Below, one piece after another: positions 48,292 to 58,822 of a stretch of DNA of 64,000 bases. This DNA is from Candidatus Poribacteria bacterium (GTDB taxonomy: Bacteria; Poribacteria; WGA-4E; PCPOR2b). The stretch lies in contig OZ244042.1 of NCBI GenBank assembly GCA_965215015.1, forward strand, positions 5,632,001-5,696,000. The letters run 5' to 3'. The notes under the pieces are model-generated. The model searched no databases, was not told the DNA's origin, and saw only the letters and a program-made list of their open reading frames with translations. Position 1 is the first letter of the stretch, and every line of letters begins with the position of its first letter. The position numbers were made by a program, and so were the translations under genes.

Positions 48292-49278
48292 TCACGGGCG
48301 CGATACGGCGGATTTAATCCCCCCCCAGAACCGGGGGAACACCCCCTGGTGAGGGGGGACAGACAGGCGTGGATCCCATTCGTGGGGACCGAGATCGTCT
48401 TGGGGATGATTCGTCAACTGAGTCAGCTGCCCGTCCACAAGCCGAAAACGGTAAATCTCCCAGTTATTGCCCTCCGTTCTAAAGGTAACCCCCCGATTTC
48501 TCCCAGCAAACAGAATGGACTTCCCATCAACAGACCAAACTTCACTGGTCATATTCCAACGCGGCAAGCGCAACAACTCACGCTTGACTACCTGCTGCCT
48601 CCCCGCCGGATGGAGTGTAGCTATCACCGTAGACGACTGGTTTGCATCAAACCCAACCGTTTCTACATACACAACCCGCCTCCCATCCGGCGACCACCCG
48701 CCCAAAAGCATACCTGTATTCGGCTTCGGTTGAGACACCCGCCACAACCCCCTGCCATTCGGACGAATCGCATAAATCTGCCGCCCTTGGTCAATAACAC
48801 CCTCAAAGAGAATCTGTTTCCCATCCGGCGACCATTGTGGGCTCGTAGCAAACTCCAGGCGTGTAACCTGTTTCACATTGCTCCCATCGGCATCCATCAC
48901 GAAGATATTGAGATCCGGATCTTTACCACTGTTCTGAGTGCTATCAAAAGCAATCTGATTTCCGTCCGGCGACCAGTTGGGATAACCATCAGATGCAGGA
49001 TGCCGGGTCAGGTTCCGTTGATGGCTCCCATCGGCATCCATCACATATATCTCCAAATTTCCGTCGCGTTTACTATGGAACGCAATCTGACTTCCGTCCG
49101 GGGACCAGACGGGAGCGGAATCACTCACCTCATTGAACGTCAGGCGTGTTTGGTTGCTCCCATCGGAGTTCATGGTGTAGATTTCAGTATTGCCATCCCG
49201 ATTAGAATAGAATACAATTTTGCCCTGAAGGGGGCCCGTGACGAGCCAGAGACTCGCCACAAGCAAAATAATACGCAT
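48292..49278 (-). CDS. Secreted TolB-like (PD40) beta-propeller, copy A
   Basis: Repeated PxWSPDG..IAF motifs; signal peptide. Confidence 0.92.
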   Translation of the reverse strand: MRIILLVASLWLVTGPLQGKIVFYSNRDGNTEIYTMNSDGSNQTRLTFNEVSDSAPVWSPDGSQIAFHSKRDGNLEIYVMDADGSHQRNLTRHPASDGYPNWSPDGNQIAFDSTQNSGKDPDLNIFVMDADGSNVKQVTRLEFATSPQWSPDGKQILFEGVIDQGRQIYAIRPNGRGLWRVSQPKPNTGMLLGGWSPDGRRVVYVETVGFDANQSSTVIATLHPAGRQQVVKRELLRLPRWNMTSEVWSVDGKSILFAGRNRGVTFRTEGNNWEIYRFRLVDGQLTQLTNHPQDDLGPHEWDPRLSVPPHQGVFPRFWGGIKSAVSRP

Positions 49279-49306
49279 AACGACACCTCAGTTAGGGGGC
49301 CCGTCC

Positions 49307-50293
49307 TCACGGGCGCGATACGGCGGATTTAATCCCCCCCCAGAACCGGGGGAATACCCCCTGGTGAGGGGGGACAGACAGGCGTGGATCCCATTCGTGG
49401 GGACCGAGATCGTCTTGGGGATGATTCGTCAACTGAGTGAGATGCCCGTCCACAAGCCGAAAACGGTAAATCTCCCAGTTATTGCCCTCCGTTCTAAAGG
49501 TGACCCCCCGATTTCTCCCAGCAAACAGAATGGACTTCCCATCAACAGACCAAACTTCACTGGTCATATTCCAACGCGGCAAGCGCAACAACTCACGCTT
49601 GACTACCTGCTGCCTCCCCGCCGGATGGAGTGTAGCTATCACCGTAGACGACTGGTTTGCATCAAACCCAACCGTTTCTACATACACAACCCGTCTCCCG
49701 TCCGGCGACCACCCGCCCAAAAACATGCCGGTATTCGGCTTCGGTTGAGACACCCGCCACAACCCCCTGCCATTCGGACGAATCGCATAAATCTGCCGCC
49801 CTTGGTCAATAACACCCTCAAAGAGAATCTGTTTCCCATCCGGCGACCATTGGGGGTTCGTCGCAAACTCCAGGCGTGTAACCTGTTTCACATTGCTCCC
49901 ATCGGCATCCATCACAAAGATGTTGAGATCCGGATCTTTACCGCTGTTCTGAGTGCTACGAAACGCAATCTGATTTCCGTCCGGCGACCAGGAGGGAACC
50001 CCATCAAATGCAGGATGCCGGGTCAGGTTTCGTTGATGGCTCCCATCGGCATCCATCACATACACCTCCTGATTCCCGTCCCGTTTACTATTGAACGCAA
50101 TCTGACTTCCGTCCGGCGACCAGACGGGAGCAGAATCACTGGCCTCATTGAATGTCAGGCGTGTTTGGTTGGTTCCATCGGAGTTCATGGTGTAGATTTC
50201 AGTGTTTCCGTCCCGATGAGAATAGAATACAATTTTGCCCGGAAGGGGGCTCGTGACGAGCCAGAGACTCGCCACAAGCAAAATAATACGCAT
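49307..50293 (-). CDS. Secreted TolB-like (PD40) beta-propeller, copy B
   Basis: Tandem paralog of copy A, period 1015 bp. Confidence 0.92.
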   Translation of the reverse strand: MRIILLVASLWLVTSPLPGKIVFYSHRDGNTEIYTMNSDGTNQTRLTFNEASDSAPVWSPDGSQIAFNSKRDGNQEVYVMDADGSHQRNLTRHPAFDGVPSWSPDGNQIAFRSTQNSGKDPDLNIFVMDADGSNVKQVTRLEFATNPQWSPDGKQILFEGVIDQGRQIYAIRPNGRGLWRVSQPKPNTGMFLGGWSPDGRRVVYVETVGFDANQSSTVIATLHPAGRQQVVKRELLRLPRWNMTSEVWSVDGKSILFAGRNRGVTFRTEGNNWEIYRFRLVDGHLTQLTNHPQDDLGPHEWDPRLSVPPHQGVFPRFWGGIKSAVSRP

Positions 50294-50304
50294 AACGACA
50301 CCTC

Positions 50305-50823
50305 CTATTCAACATCAATCATCTGAAACTCAGTGACTTTGAGCTCTGCTTCGCCCGGCACTCTGACAAGTTTACCACCTTTACGGATTTCAATCCGTGT
50401 ATACGCCTCGATTTCATAATCGCGGTCTGGGTTCAAACCCCCAACACTTGTACCGAGTCCTCGACTATCGCTGTCCCATTCGTACTGCCCTCTTATTATG
50501 GGTCCATCTTCGAGAACCTTAACCTCTCTTACAATTATCCCCAGAATAAGATCGTGGACAAAATGGGCAAACTCATATGTCACCTTGACGCCGGCGGGCA
50601 TATCACTGTAGAGCTCAATCTGGTAACTGTGAGAGCTGTATGTCTCATTATACTGATGGCTTAGACTACCAACATAGATGTCCCACATGATATCATCGGT
50701 GAAACCCGAGTCTGAACTGGAAGAAACCGTTTGAGTGAGAATCAATATACCAATCAGAAAAACAATCAGCAAAAACGCGATATTTCGGATAATCCTTGTG
50801 CGTAACATGATTAAACCCTCCAT
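50305..50823 (-). CDS. Secreted hypothetical protein
   Basis: Signal peptide, beta-rich mature domain; first gene after a sigma54 promoter (start may be 50808). Confidence 0.8.
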   Translation of the reverse strand: MEGLIMLRTRIIRNIAFLLIVFLIGILILTQTVSSSSDSGFTDDIMWDIYVGSLSHQYNETYSSHSYQIELYSDMPAGVKVTYEFAHFVHDLILGIIVREVKVLEDGPIIRGQYEWDSDSRGLGTSVGGLNPDRDYEIEAYTRIEIRKGGKLVRVPGEAELKVTEFQMIDVE

Positions 50824-50881
50824 CTGTGTGGTTAGGAATGTTTTGACATTCCGTTAGGCGAAAGTTAATTCACATATCCGA

Positions 50882-50943
50882 TTCGCTTTTTCACTAAGTA
50901 TTCACAGTGTTGACAACTTAAAGTTATAGCAAAGCTCATGCCA
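50882..50943 (-). promoter_or_regulatory. sigma54 promoter and conserved 38-bp leader
   Basis: Reverse complement TGGCATGAGCTTTGCT then AAGTTGTCAACACTGTGAATACTTAGTGAAAAAGCGAA. Confidence 0.75.
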
Positions 50944-51190
50944 ACATTTTGAACGGGGGTTGAGGGAGGGCCGCGACCCGTTCTCGTAAACTAAATCGTC
51001 CCGAAATACGGACATCTATCAGACGTAAGATTGAGTTGAGCCCTAATACATAAAGGATAAAGGGGTGGCCGAACAGTGTTCGATCTGCTGCTATCCATCA
51101 AAGGTATAATGAAAACCATCCCATTTTCCGTTACCGGCTCGCCATATTTTTCCAACCGATTGTTTATGTCGTTAAATATCGAATGGATTT

Positions 51191-51248
51191 TTGACAGAAT
51201 GTCAGGCGAATACGCCGAAAATCATCAAATATTGACAAAATGTCAATA
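51191..51248. promoter_or_regulatory. Two palindromic TGACA-N3-TGTCA sites
   Basis: TTGACAGAATGTCA at 51191; TATTGACAAAATGTCAATA at 51230. Confidence 0.55.
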
Positions 51249-51585
51249 CGGTTTAAGAACCTGTTTGAAAAATCCCAATTAATCTCTGAAAATTATCATT
51301 CCACGGGTAAATACCCTTAAAAATTGCTATAATTATCAATTACGCCCCCATATCCAAGAACCTTTGGAGCCAGTCAGCTGTGGGAAATTTGAACGTGCAA
51401 TGAATTGCACTACTACGAACTCATGTCTAAGGGTTTCTGGAGCCGGTCGTCTGTGGGGCACCACTGCTCTATTTTTTTTGTTTGCTTTGTTTTTTCGATA
51501 TTTCAGATCAAAATTTTTCTCTGAGCCTCTTTGTTATCCCATTGATTGATGGTAAGGGCCTATCGCCACGGATTTGTATCCCTCA

Positions 51586-52395
51586 TCAAAAGATTTGCAT
51601 AATTGGTTGTCCTTCCCATTCCTCTGACATCGGTAAATCCAGAACGTGAGCAAGTGTCGGTGCGGTGTCAAAAATACGCACTGGCCCTTTGATTTCGCCG
51701 GCCCGCCTAATCTTCGCGCCGGCTGCAATCCATGGAATCGTCAAATCCTCCGGTAAATCTGTTCCGTGACTCTTTCCGTGTCCGCCATGATCGCTCTGGA
51801 CAAGGATAAAGTAGTGCTCTAAGAGGTTTGCCTTTTCGAGTTGTTCCAATAGGAGGCCGATCGCCCGGTCTGCGATATCAATCTGTTCAATATACTCCGC
51901 AGACATCCATCCGTACCGATGGCCTACAATGTCTACCACGCCTAGGTAGACGAAACAGAAATCCGGCTGCTCAGCAGTCAGGTATTCCGCTGCGATTTGT
52001 GCTATCGTTAGGTCACCCTCCGGGGCGTCAAGGTTCTCCCTGAAATAGGAGAAATCGAGCGAACCCGGTGCTGCCAAATCCCGAAGCTGCTCCCAATTAT
52101 AGATAAACGCTGTCTTCTTTTTCATCGCGTGAGCAGATTCAGCGATGCTCGGCACCGGACGTACCATCGGGACCCACGTGTTGGTTGTGATACCGTGCCG
52201 TGATGGTGTTACGCCGCGAAACATCGAGGTGTGGCACGGTAGCGTAGAGGATGGAACAACGCTCTGTGCATTGAAAGTGTAAGCCCCGCGTGCAATCAGG
52301 GTATCGATGTTTGGCGTGTTCGCCTGCTGGATACCGTCAGGACGGCACCCATCGATGACAATGAGAATTGTGCCACAGCTTGAAGAGTTCTGCAT
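51586..52395 (-). CDS. Alkaline phosphatase superfamily (nucleotide pyrophosphatase-like)
   Basis: IDGCRPD, STLPCH, DIVGH, SDHGG, DTAPT. Confidence 0.9.
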   Translation of the reverse strand: MQNSSSCGTILIVIDGCRPDGIQQANTPNIDTLIARGAYTFNAQSVVPSSTLPCHTSMFRGVTPSRHGITTNTWVPMVRPVPSIAESAHAMKKKTAFIYNWEQLRDLAAPGSLDFSYFRENLDAPEGDLTIAQIAAEYLTAEQPDFCFVYLGVVDIVGHRYGWMSAEYIEQIDIADRAIGLLLEQLEKANLLEHYFILVQSDHGGHGKSHGTDLPEDLTIPWIAAGAKIRRAGEIKGPVRIFDTAPTLAHVLDLPMSEEWEGQPIMQIF

Positions 52396-52653
52396 AAAAT
52401 TGCCTCTCAATCAGATAAAATAGGTTTAACCCGTACATGGCGGAATATAGATGAATCTTGATCAACACCGTCTATGATACCGTATCATGACACCGTGCAC
52501 AAGTGGGAATTCCTATCACTGACTCAATAGAATCAAAGCACTTGACACTACGTAGATTTCCGAGTATAGTTAGAACGCATTAACCTTTTGGGTAAGTGGC
52601 TATAGATCCCGATCCAATCGGGGCGAACCCGTAACAAAAATTGGGGGAGAAAA

Positions 52654-53658
52654 ATGGCAAAAATACGAATGGCGCAGTATGGAACCAAACATGGACACGC
52701 CTCCGGCAAATTGCAGGCGATGCAGGTCAATGATGACGTTGAAATCGCAGGGATTTTTGAACCCGACACGCAACAACGCGCCGCACTGGAGGGGTCAGAC
52801 GGTGCTTTTGCAGGTGTTCACTGGTTCGACGACAAAAGCGAGATGTTGGAGGATGAGAGCATTGCGGCGATTGCTTCTGAGGGACTCAATGCGGAAAGTC
52901 TTGATCAGACAGAGGAGATTGTCGCCGCTGGCAAACACGTCTGGTACGACAAACCCGCCGGCGATAACTGGACGCAGTGGCAACGCGTCGTTGCGGATGC
53001 GGAGGAAAAGGGGCTGCTCATTCAGATGGGCTATATGCTGCGCTATCATTCCGCTTTCAAGCAGGTTGCCAATTGGGCAAAGTCGGGTTTTTTAGGCGAT
53101 GTATTCGCCGTGCGCGCCCACATGTCCACGCATATAACTGAAGATGCTCGCATTCGGATCAGTGACACGCATCACGGCGGCATCTTTTTTGATTTGGGCG
53201 GTCACATGCTTGACCAAATCGTCTGGATTTTGGGACGTCCGGTGAAAGTAACTTCATTTTTACGGAACGACACAGGTTCCGTATCGGCGTTTCAAGATAA
53301 TACCTTGGGAGTCTTCGAGTTTGAAAACGCCCTTGCCTTTATCGATATCGCCGCGATGGAGACCCAACCAACGGCGCGCCGCTTTGAAGTATATGGCAGT
53401 CGGGGGAGTGCCATCATCGTCGAACCCTTTGAACCCGGTCTGCAAATCCGTCTCTGTCTGACAGAAGCGAAAGAGGGTTACCAAGCAGGCGAGCAGTTTG
53501 TGAAGATAGACGGTGAAGGTCGTGGTAGAACCTATGAACTGGAATTGGAAGCCTTTATAGCAACCATCGAGGGGAAGCAGCCACCGAATCGACCGATGTC
53601 CCATGAGCTGCTTGTCCAGGAAACCCTACTGCGCGCAACAGGGGAGATTTCGAGCTAA
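52654..53658 (+). CDS. Gfo/Idh/MocA oxidoreductase
   Basis: HVWYDKP, GYMLRY, DLGGH. Confidence 0.9.
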   Translation: MAKIRMAQYGTKHGHASGKLQAMQVNDDVEIAGIFEPDTQQRAALEGSDGAFAGVHWFDDKSEMLEDESIAAIASEGLNAESLDQTEEIVAAGKHVWYDKPAGDNWTQWQRVVADAEEKGLLIQMGYMLRYHSAFKQVANWAKSGFLGDVFAVRAHMSTHITEDARIRISDTHHGGIFFDLGGHMLDQIVWILGRPVKVTSFLRNDTGSVSAFQDNTLGVFEFENALAFIDIAAMETQPTARRFEVYGSRGSAIIVEPFEPGLQIRLCLTEAKEGYQAGEQFVKIDGEGRGRTYELELEAFIATIEGKQPPNRPMSHELLVQETLLRATGEISS

Positions 53659-53696
53659 ATTGAAAGCCACTTCTCTGTCCAACGAGAGAGGATGTT

Positions 53697-55511
53697 ATGG
53701 GTGACAACACGACAAACTTAACTATCCGCGCCCTCACCGACGCCGATGTTCCGAAGATTTCTACCTTCTTCAAGGGACTTTCCGAGGCAAGTCGCTCTTT
53801 TTATCATCCATACTCCTTTGATCAAGAGGCGAACGCGAATATTGCGGGAGAACTCCACAACCCAACCTGTGTCCATATCGGTGCATTTAGCGGCGAAAAC
53901 CTAGTCGGGCATGTCTGGTATGCTGGTGGAGGCGGAGGCCGTTATCCGAGTTTGGGTATTGGAATCGTTGATGCCTTCCACAATAGAGGCATAGGTCAAA
54001 GACTGATGCAACGGATCGAAGGGGTTGCCCGTGAACGTGGGGAGCAGGGACTTGCCTTGACCTGCTATCGGGAGAATTATCGGGCAATCCGCGTTTATAC
54101 CAAGCAGGGCTATCGTCTCGTTGGACGGACCGGCGACGATGTCCAGTTTCGGATGGTTCACAATTTCGCTGACGATGACACACCCTACACAATACGGGGC
54201 GTGTACGCTTCAAGCATTCCGTGGAACCTCGCGCCGTTGACGACGGATACCTGGAGCCTCGACGATTGGAAATGGTACATTGAACTGCTCAATGCAGCGG
54301 GTTGCAATTTGTTGAAGCTCTATATTTGGCCCACGCAGTATTACCACCCGGAGATGCCGGAGTTAGCTGCCAATGCATGGCGTTATCAGGTCTGGCACGA
54401 TGCACTAGCGTATGCCCGCGTGATGGGGATGGAAACCCATGTCGGCTTTTCAACCGGAACTGTGCCGCCTTCGACATGGCTGCGCTGCCCTGAATTGCGA
54501 GCGGAAGATGTTAATTATACTGGCATTACCCTCTGCTGGCAACGTGGGAAAGAACGCATCCTACCTTATCAGGAATATCTGATCGACACCTTCGCGGACG
54601 TGACGGACAGTTATGTTTTTTGGTTCGCGGATCCGGGAGCCTGTATCTGTTCAGAGTGCAGGGACTACTTGCGGGTTATGTTAGATGCCCTACACACGCT
54701 GTCCAAGGTTATTGACGGCAGAGCAGCGGTTACGGCTTGCCCATGGTGGATCGAACGCATTGAAGCCGGGCAAAACGGCTTTGCGCCGCACCCCAACCTG
54801 CGCCGTCGAATCGCGGCAGAACTCCCTAAAGGGAGCGCGGTGATCATCAGAAGTGTTGAATATGAGACGATTGACATTATGCGAGAGGGCGGGTTAGTCC
54901 CTTTGCCGCTTGCATTTTTCCTTGACCCGGAAGGCGGATTTGAATCCAATAACATCTTGCCTGAACCCAAATTGCGGCAAATTGATGCGTGGCTTGAAAG
55001 GGGGCTTGAGGAGAAGCACACCGCCTCGCTCGCCTATCGATTGACACCTTATACCCAGTATCCGGGGGATTACTATTTTTTTCGCAGGCAATTGAATCCC
55101 ATGCAGTCGAGAGAATCTGTCCTGACGGGGCTTGGCGAGTATATTTGCAATCCGCACCGGCAAGAAGAATTCCGAGATGATGGGATCCACTTTGCATCAA
55201 CGATGGAGTCGCTTGACCGGTGGTGGGGAGATCGGGGGGAACAAGATTTGGATGACGCAGTGGCAGGCCTCAACACCCTTGCGGAAACACACGACTCCGT
55301 CAGAGACCTTGCCAATGCGACGGCCCTGCTGCGCCAACTGTCGTATGGAGTGGGCAATCAATCGCTTGAAGGGTTCACCGAAGATTTGCGCCTTCAGATG
55401 AGTCCCCTGCCAATTTTTCGGGGGTTGACGCTCGATTATCTCTGGTCTGGACGGGCGCAGGCATTTCTGCAACTCCGTGTCCAAAATTGGTTGAGACGGC
55501 TAGGGCATTAA
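53697..55511 (+). CDS. GNAT acetyltransferase fused to glycoside-hydrolase-like TIM barrel
   Basis: HNRGIGQRL, NYRAIRVY..GY; then WYIELL...CNLL, DPGACICSEC. Confidence 0.75.
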   Translation: MGDNTTNLTIRALTDADVPKISTFFKGLSEASRSFYHPYSFDQEANANIAGELHNPTCVHIGAFSGENLVGHVWYAGGGGGRYPSLGIGIVDAFHNRGIGQRLMQRIEGVARERGEQGLALTCYRENYRAIRVYTKQGYRLVGRTGDDVQFRMVHNFADDDTPYTIRGVYASSIPWNLAPLTTDTWSLDDWKWYIELLNAAGCNLLKLYIWPTQYYHPEMPELAANAWRYQVWHDALAYARVMGMETHVGFSTGTVPPSTWLRCPELRAEDVNYTGITLCWQRGKERILPYQEYLIDTFADVTDSYVFWFADPGACICSECRDYLRVMLDALHTLSKVIDGRAAVTACPWWIERIEAGQNGFAPHPNLRRRIAAELPKGSAVIIRSVEYETIDIMREGGLVPLPLAFFLDPEGGFESNNILPEPKLRQIDAWLERGLEEKHTASLAYRLTPYTQYPGDYYFFRRQLNPMQSRESVLTGLGEYICNPHRQEEFRDDGIHFASTMESLDRWWGDRGEQDLDDAVAGLNTLAETHDSVRDLANATALLRQLSYGVGNQSLEGFTEDLRLQMSPLPIFRGLTLDYLWSGRAQAFLQLRVQNWLRRLGH

Positions 55512-55566
55512 AAATCTATTGGAGGAGGACGAGCAGCTGGCTCGTTTAACTGACAAAGAGGGAGAT

Positions 55567-56547
55567 ATGGCATTACTACGATGGGGAATACTTGGTTGTG
55601 GGGATGTAGCGGAATATAAAGGCGGCCCGCCGCTCTATACAGTTGAAGATTCTGAACTAGTTGCGGTAATGCGCCGTGATAAAGAAAAGGCGGAAGATTT
55701 TGCAGCGAGACATGGCGCAAAACGCGCTTATTACACGGTTGAAGGGCTGCTAGCAGATGATGAGATCAACGCAGTCTATATCGCAACGCCGCCGTATCTG
55801 CATTGCAAGCAGACGATTCTCGCCGCGAGAGCAGGGAAGCATGTCCTCTGTGAGAAGCCGATGGGGCTGAACGTCGCCGAGTGCCAGCAAATGGTCGATG
55901 CCTGCCGTGAGAACAACGTTACGCTCACAATCGCTTACTACAGGCCGTTTTTCCCGAATATTATAAAAATGAAGGAATTGATGCAGGCGGGCGCAATTGG
56001 GAAGGTTGTGCTAGCGCGCGTCAATCACACCGCCTCTTACGACCCAACCAATCACGAATGGGGGGCGTGGCGCACCGACCCCAATATTAGTGGCGGGGGT
56101 GTCTTGATGGATCTAGGGAGTCACCGGATTGATCTGCTGATGTACCTGTTGGGGGAGGTGACATCTGCGTGTGGGTACGCAGAAAACGTTTACCTGCCCT
56201 ATCCAGTAGACGATTCTGCTGTTTTCACCTTACGCTTTGAAAACGGGACGCATGCCATCGCAAATATCAACTGGAACGTTGGTGTTCCTATTGACGAAGT
56301 TGAAGTCTACGGTACAGAAGGGAATTTATGCTGTAATCCACTCAACAGCGGTAACCTAACGCTTCACACGAAGAACAAAAGCGAGTCATTCGATCAACCA
56401 TCCCCCCCGTACATGCACACCGGATTAGTTGAAGCCTTCGTCGATCAGATGCGTACCGGTGTGCCGATTCGATGTACGGGGGAGGTGGGGTTAAAGACAA
56501 ATGCGATTATTGCTGACATCTACGGGAACAGTGCGAAACGTGACTAG
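55567..56547 (+). CDS. Gfo/Idh/MocA oxidoreductase
   Basis: WGILGCG, CEKP, GGGVLMDLGSH. Confidence 0.92.
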   Translation: MALLRWGILGCGDVAEYKGGPPLYTVEDSELVAVMRRDKEKAEDFAARHGAKRAYYTVEGLLADDEINAVYIATPPYLHCKQTILAARAGKHVLCEKPMGLNVAECQQMVDACRENNVTLTIAYYRPFFPNIIKMKELMQAGAIGKVVLARVNHTASYDPTNHEWGAWRTDPNISGGGVLMDLGSHRIDLLMYLLGEVTSACGYAENVYLPYPVDDSAVFTLRFENGTHAIANINWNVGVPIDEVEVYGTEGNLCCNPLNSGNLTLHTKNKSESFDQPSPPYMHTGLVEAFVDQMRTGVPIRCTGEVGLKTNAIIADIYGNSAKRD

Positions 56548-56553
56548 ACCGCA

Positions 56554-57543
56554 TCACTCTGGAGCGCTCCACATATAAATAAGTTCCCCACTTTGGTTCT
56601 CTTCTATGGAAATCCAAGGGAAATTGCACTGCTCCATCTTTTCAATTAAACGATTCATCACGCGGCTCGGATTGGAGATTTGGCACACATCTCTCAGCTG
56701 CGATTCGGTGACCATCTGCTGGTCGATTATGTATTCAATCGCACACTGCTCGTCTAAATTGAGGGGTATTTCTTTTCTTTGGTTGTTTTCTGTCACCGGT
56801 AGATCTGAAGCAGGTTCCGCTACCTCCTCAACTGCTGTGTGTTCCATCGCAACTTGCTCTGAATCCATCTCTACCTGCTGCCCCAAACTTTGGCAAGCTG
56901 GAACCACCACTTCCGCAATCCTTTCTTTAATCCTATCCAAATCCCCTTGGAGCTCCTGAATCTCCTCGTGCAATTGAGTGATGAGTTCGAGTGGACTCGT
57001 GTTGTTGTTGATCGGCGAGTCTAATTGTTCATTGCTAGGGAGGTCCCCGGATTCCCCAAAATCCGATCCTATCTCATCCATAAAAGGAGGATAGAGGTTA
57101 TCTATGCTCGGTGCAGCAGAAGGCAGCACGGCATTCTCAGGCTCATCTGTACTTGAACTATTATGATGCGATCCGGGAGATGGAGTGTTAATAAGCTCGA
57201 TGTTGTACTTATAAGGACTGACACCCCCTCTGCTATCGAGGTATGAAACCTTGACATGGCAACAATCCCCGACTTCCAATTGATCCATTTTACCTTGAAT
57301 TTGTCTGAGGGTCAGGGCGTGATAGTCTCGAAGCATTTCCGGCATACCTTTGACTAGCTGCCGAAAATAGCCTATTGGATCGCAGTCGGACTGAAAATAT
57401 GGGGACCGGGTAAGCGGTTGTGTCAACTTTGAAAACCGTACAATTTTGGACGGCACCGGATCGTCTAATGCTTCTAGTTCAATTCCCCACTGGAGCGGTG
57501 CCTCTTTTATACAGGTTACGACGTAAGTATGATGTTTGGGCAT
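56554..57543 (-). CDS. Hypothetical protein with coiled coil and probable C-terminal winged HTH
   Basis: 329-aa ORF with AGGAGA RBS. Confidence 0.7.
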   Translation of the reverse strand: MPKHHTYVVTCIKEAPLQWGIELEALDDPVPSKIVRFSKLTQPLTRSPYFQSDCDPIGYFRQLVKGMPEMLRDYHALTLRQIQGKMDQLEVGDCCHVKVSYLDSRGGVSPYKYNIELINTPSPGSHHNSSSTDEPENAVLPSAAPSIDNLYPPFMDEIGSDFGESGDLPSNEQLDSPINNNTSPLELITQLHEEIQELQGDLDRIKERIAEVVVPACQSLGQQVEMDSEQVAMEHTAVEEVAEPASDLPVTENNQRKEIPLNLDEQCAIEYIIDQQMVTESQLRDVCQISNPSRVMNRLIEKMEQCNFPWISIEENQSGELIYMWSAPE

Positions 57544-57802
57544 CTAAAAGCTCTCCTTAGTAAAATACATCAGTACGATAAGATAGATGCATATTCATGT
57601 TTAGTGAGATCATCATACGAAACGTGAGCTGCCTCATAAAAGTTACAAAAAATTGAATTTTCCACAAGATATAGTGCTTTTTTAGTAATGACCAACTATA
57701 TGTGGCATACAAAACCTGTGTTAAGTAAATATTTATAACGCAAATTGCCGCCTAAAGTTGGGTGTAATCGGTCTATAGTGGTGTAGGTGGGGACTTACCA
57801 AC

Positions 57803-58687
57803 TCATGGGTACATTTCTGGCACAAAGGTTTGATCTGTGATGGGGGGCCGGACATATCCGGTATCTTTTTGGAGTGGTGGTAATTCTATTGTGGTATAGG
57901 GCAGGGCTTCGTAAGGAATCTGGGTCAACAGGTGATGAATGCAATTCAGGCGCGCACGTTTTTTATCGTGGGCATCAATCACATACCAGGGTGCTTGTTT
58001 AATATCCGTATACTTAAACATCTCATCTTTCGCGCGGGAGTAATCCTCCCATCTCCTGCGAGATTCCAAATCAATCTTGCTGAGTTTCCAACGTTTGGTC
58101 GGATTTTCAATCCGCTTCTGGAAGCGACTCGCCTGCTCTTCGGCATCTACGGACAACCAATATTTGATTAGAATAATCCCGGAACGTACTAGCATTCGCT
58201 CAAATTCCGGGCAGGAACGCAAAAACTCATAGTATTCTTCCTCAGTGCAAAAGCGCATTATCCGCTCGACCCCAGCCCGATTGTACCAGCTCCGGTCAAA
58301 AATCACCATCTCACCGGCGGCGGGCAGATGGGGGACATATCGTTGAAAATACCATTGGGTTGTCTCACGTTCGGTTGGGGTGCCTAGCGCAACGACTCGA
58401 CAGATACGAGGATTCAGTGGTTCCGTAATTCGCTGGATGGTTCCCCCTTTACCTGCGGTGTCCCGCCCTTCAAAAACCACGACGACCTTCAAGCCCTTGC
58501 TCTGGATATGTTCTTGAAATTTGATTAACTCTAGCTGAAGTCGGGCAAGCTCTTTTTTATAGAACTTTCCCTTCAATTTCTTTCGTTCTTCTACAGGATT
58601 ATCCGTCGGTTGACTATTGATGACACCGTTCTCAGTTTGTCGGTCTTTCTGCTTTTTGCTACCTTTATCTTTGTGCTTTTTTGACAC
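57803..58687 (-). CDS. ppk2: Polyphosphate kinase 2
   Basis: FEGRDTAGKGG, FDRSWYNRAGVE. Confidence 0.95.
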   Translation of the reverse strand: MSKKHKDKGSKKQKDRQTENGVINSQPTDNPVEERKKLKGKFYKKELARLQLELIKFQEHIQSKGLKVVVVFEGRDTAGKGGTIQRITEPLNPRICRVVALGTPTERETTQWYFQRYVPHLPAAGEMVIFDRSWYNRAGVERIMRFCTEEEYYEFLRSCPEFERMLVRSGIILIKYWLSVDAEEQASRFQKRIENPTKRWKLSKIDLESRRRWEDYSRAKDEMFKYTDIKQAPWYVIDAHDKKRARLNCIHHLLTQIPYEALPYTTIELPPLQKDTGYVRPPITDQTFVPEMYP

Positions 58688-58768
58688 AATTGCCTCCTCA
58701 TCTATGCCGGTTTGTAGATTTTCGCCGCCTCTTCTCTAGCAATCTCACTTTGCTTGATAATCTATTGA

Positions 58769-58797
58769 ATTATACTGACTACGGGATCTCATGTCAA
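58769..58797 (-). promoter_or_regulatory. sigma70 promoter of ppk2
   Basis: Perfect TTGACA-17 nt-TATAAT. Confidence 0.75.
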
Positions 58798-58822
58798 CAG
58801 GAATTCTAACTCATAAAATTTT

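Noticed and set aside
48292-50293. Diversity-generating retroelement TR/VR pair
   Set aside because: Differences checked include G/T and G/C, not adenine-specific; both are full genes; no reverse transcriptase in the window
48190-50326. Long plus-strand ORFs of 380 and 362 aa
   Set aside because: Antisense shadows of the TolB-like genes, with no recognisable motifs
52585-52635. tRNA-like or riboswitch leader
   Set aside because: Only a short CCCGAT..ATCGGG palindrome like that near 16447; no T-arm or cloverleaf
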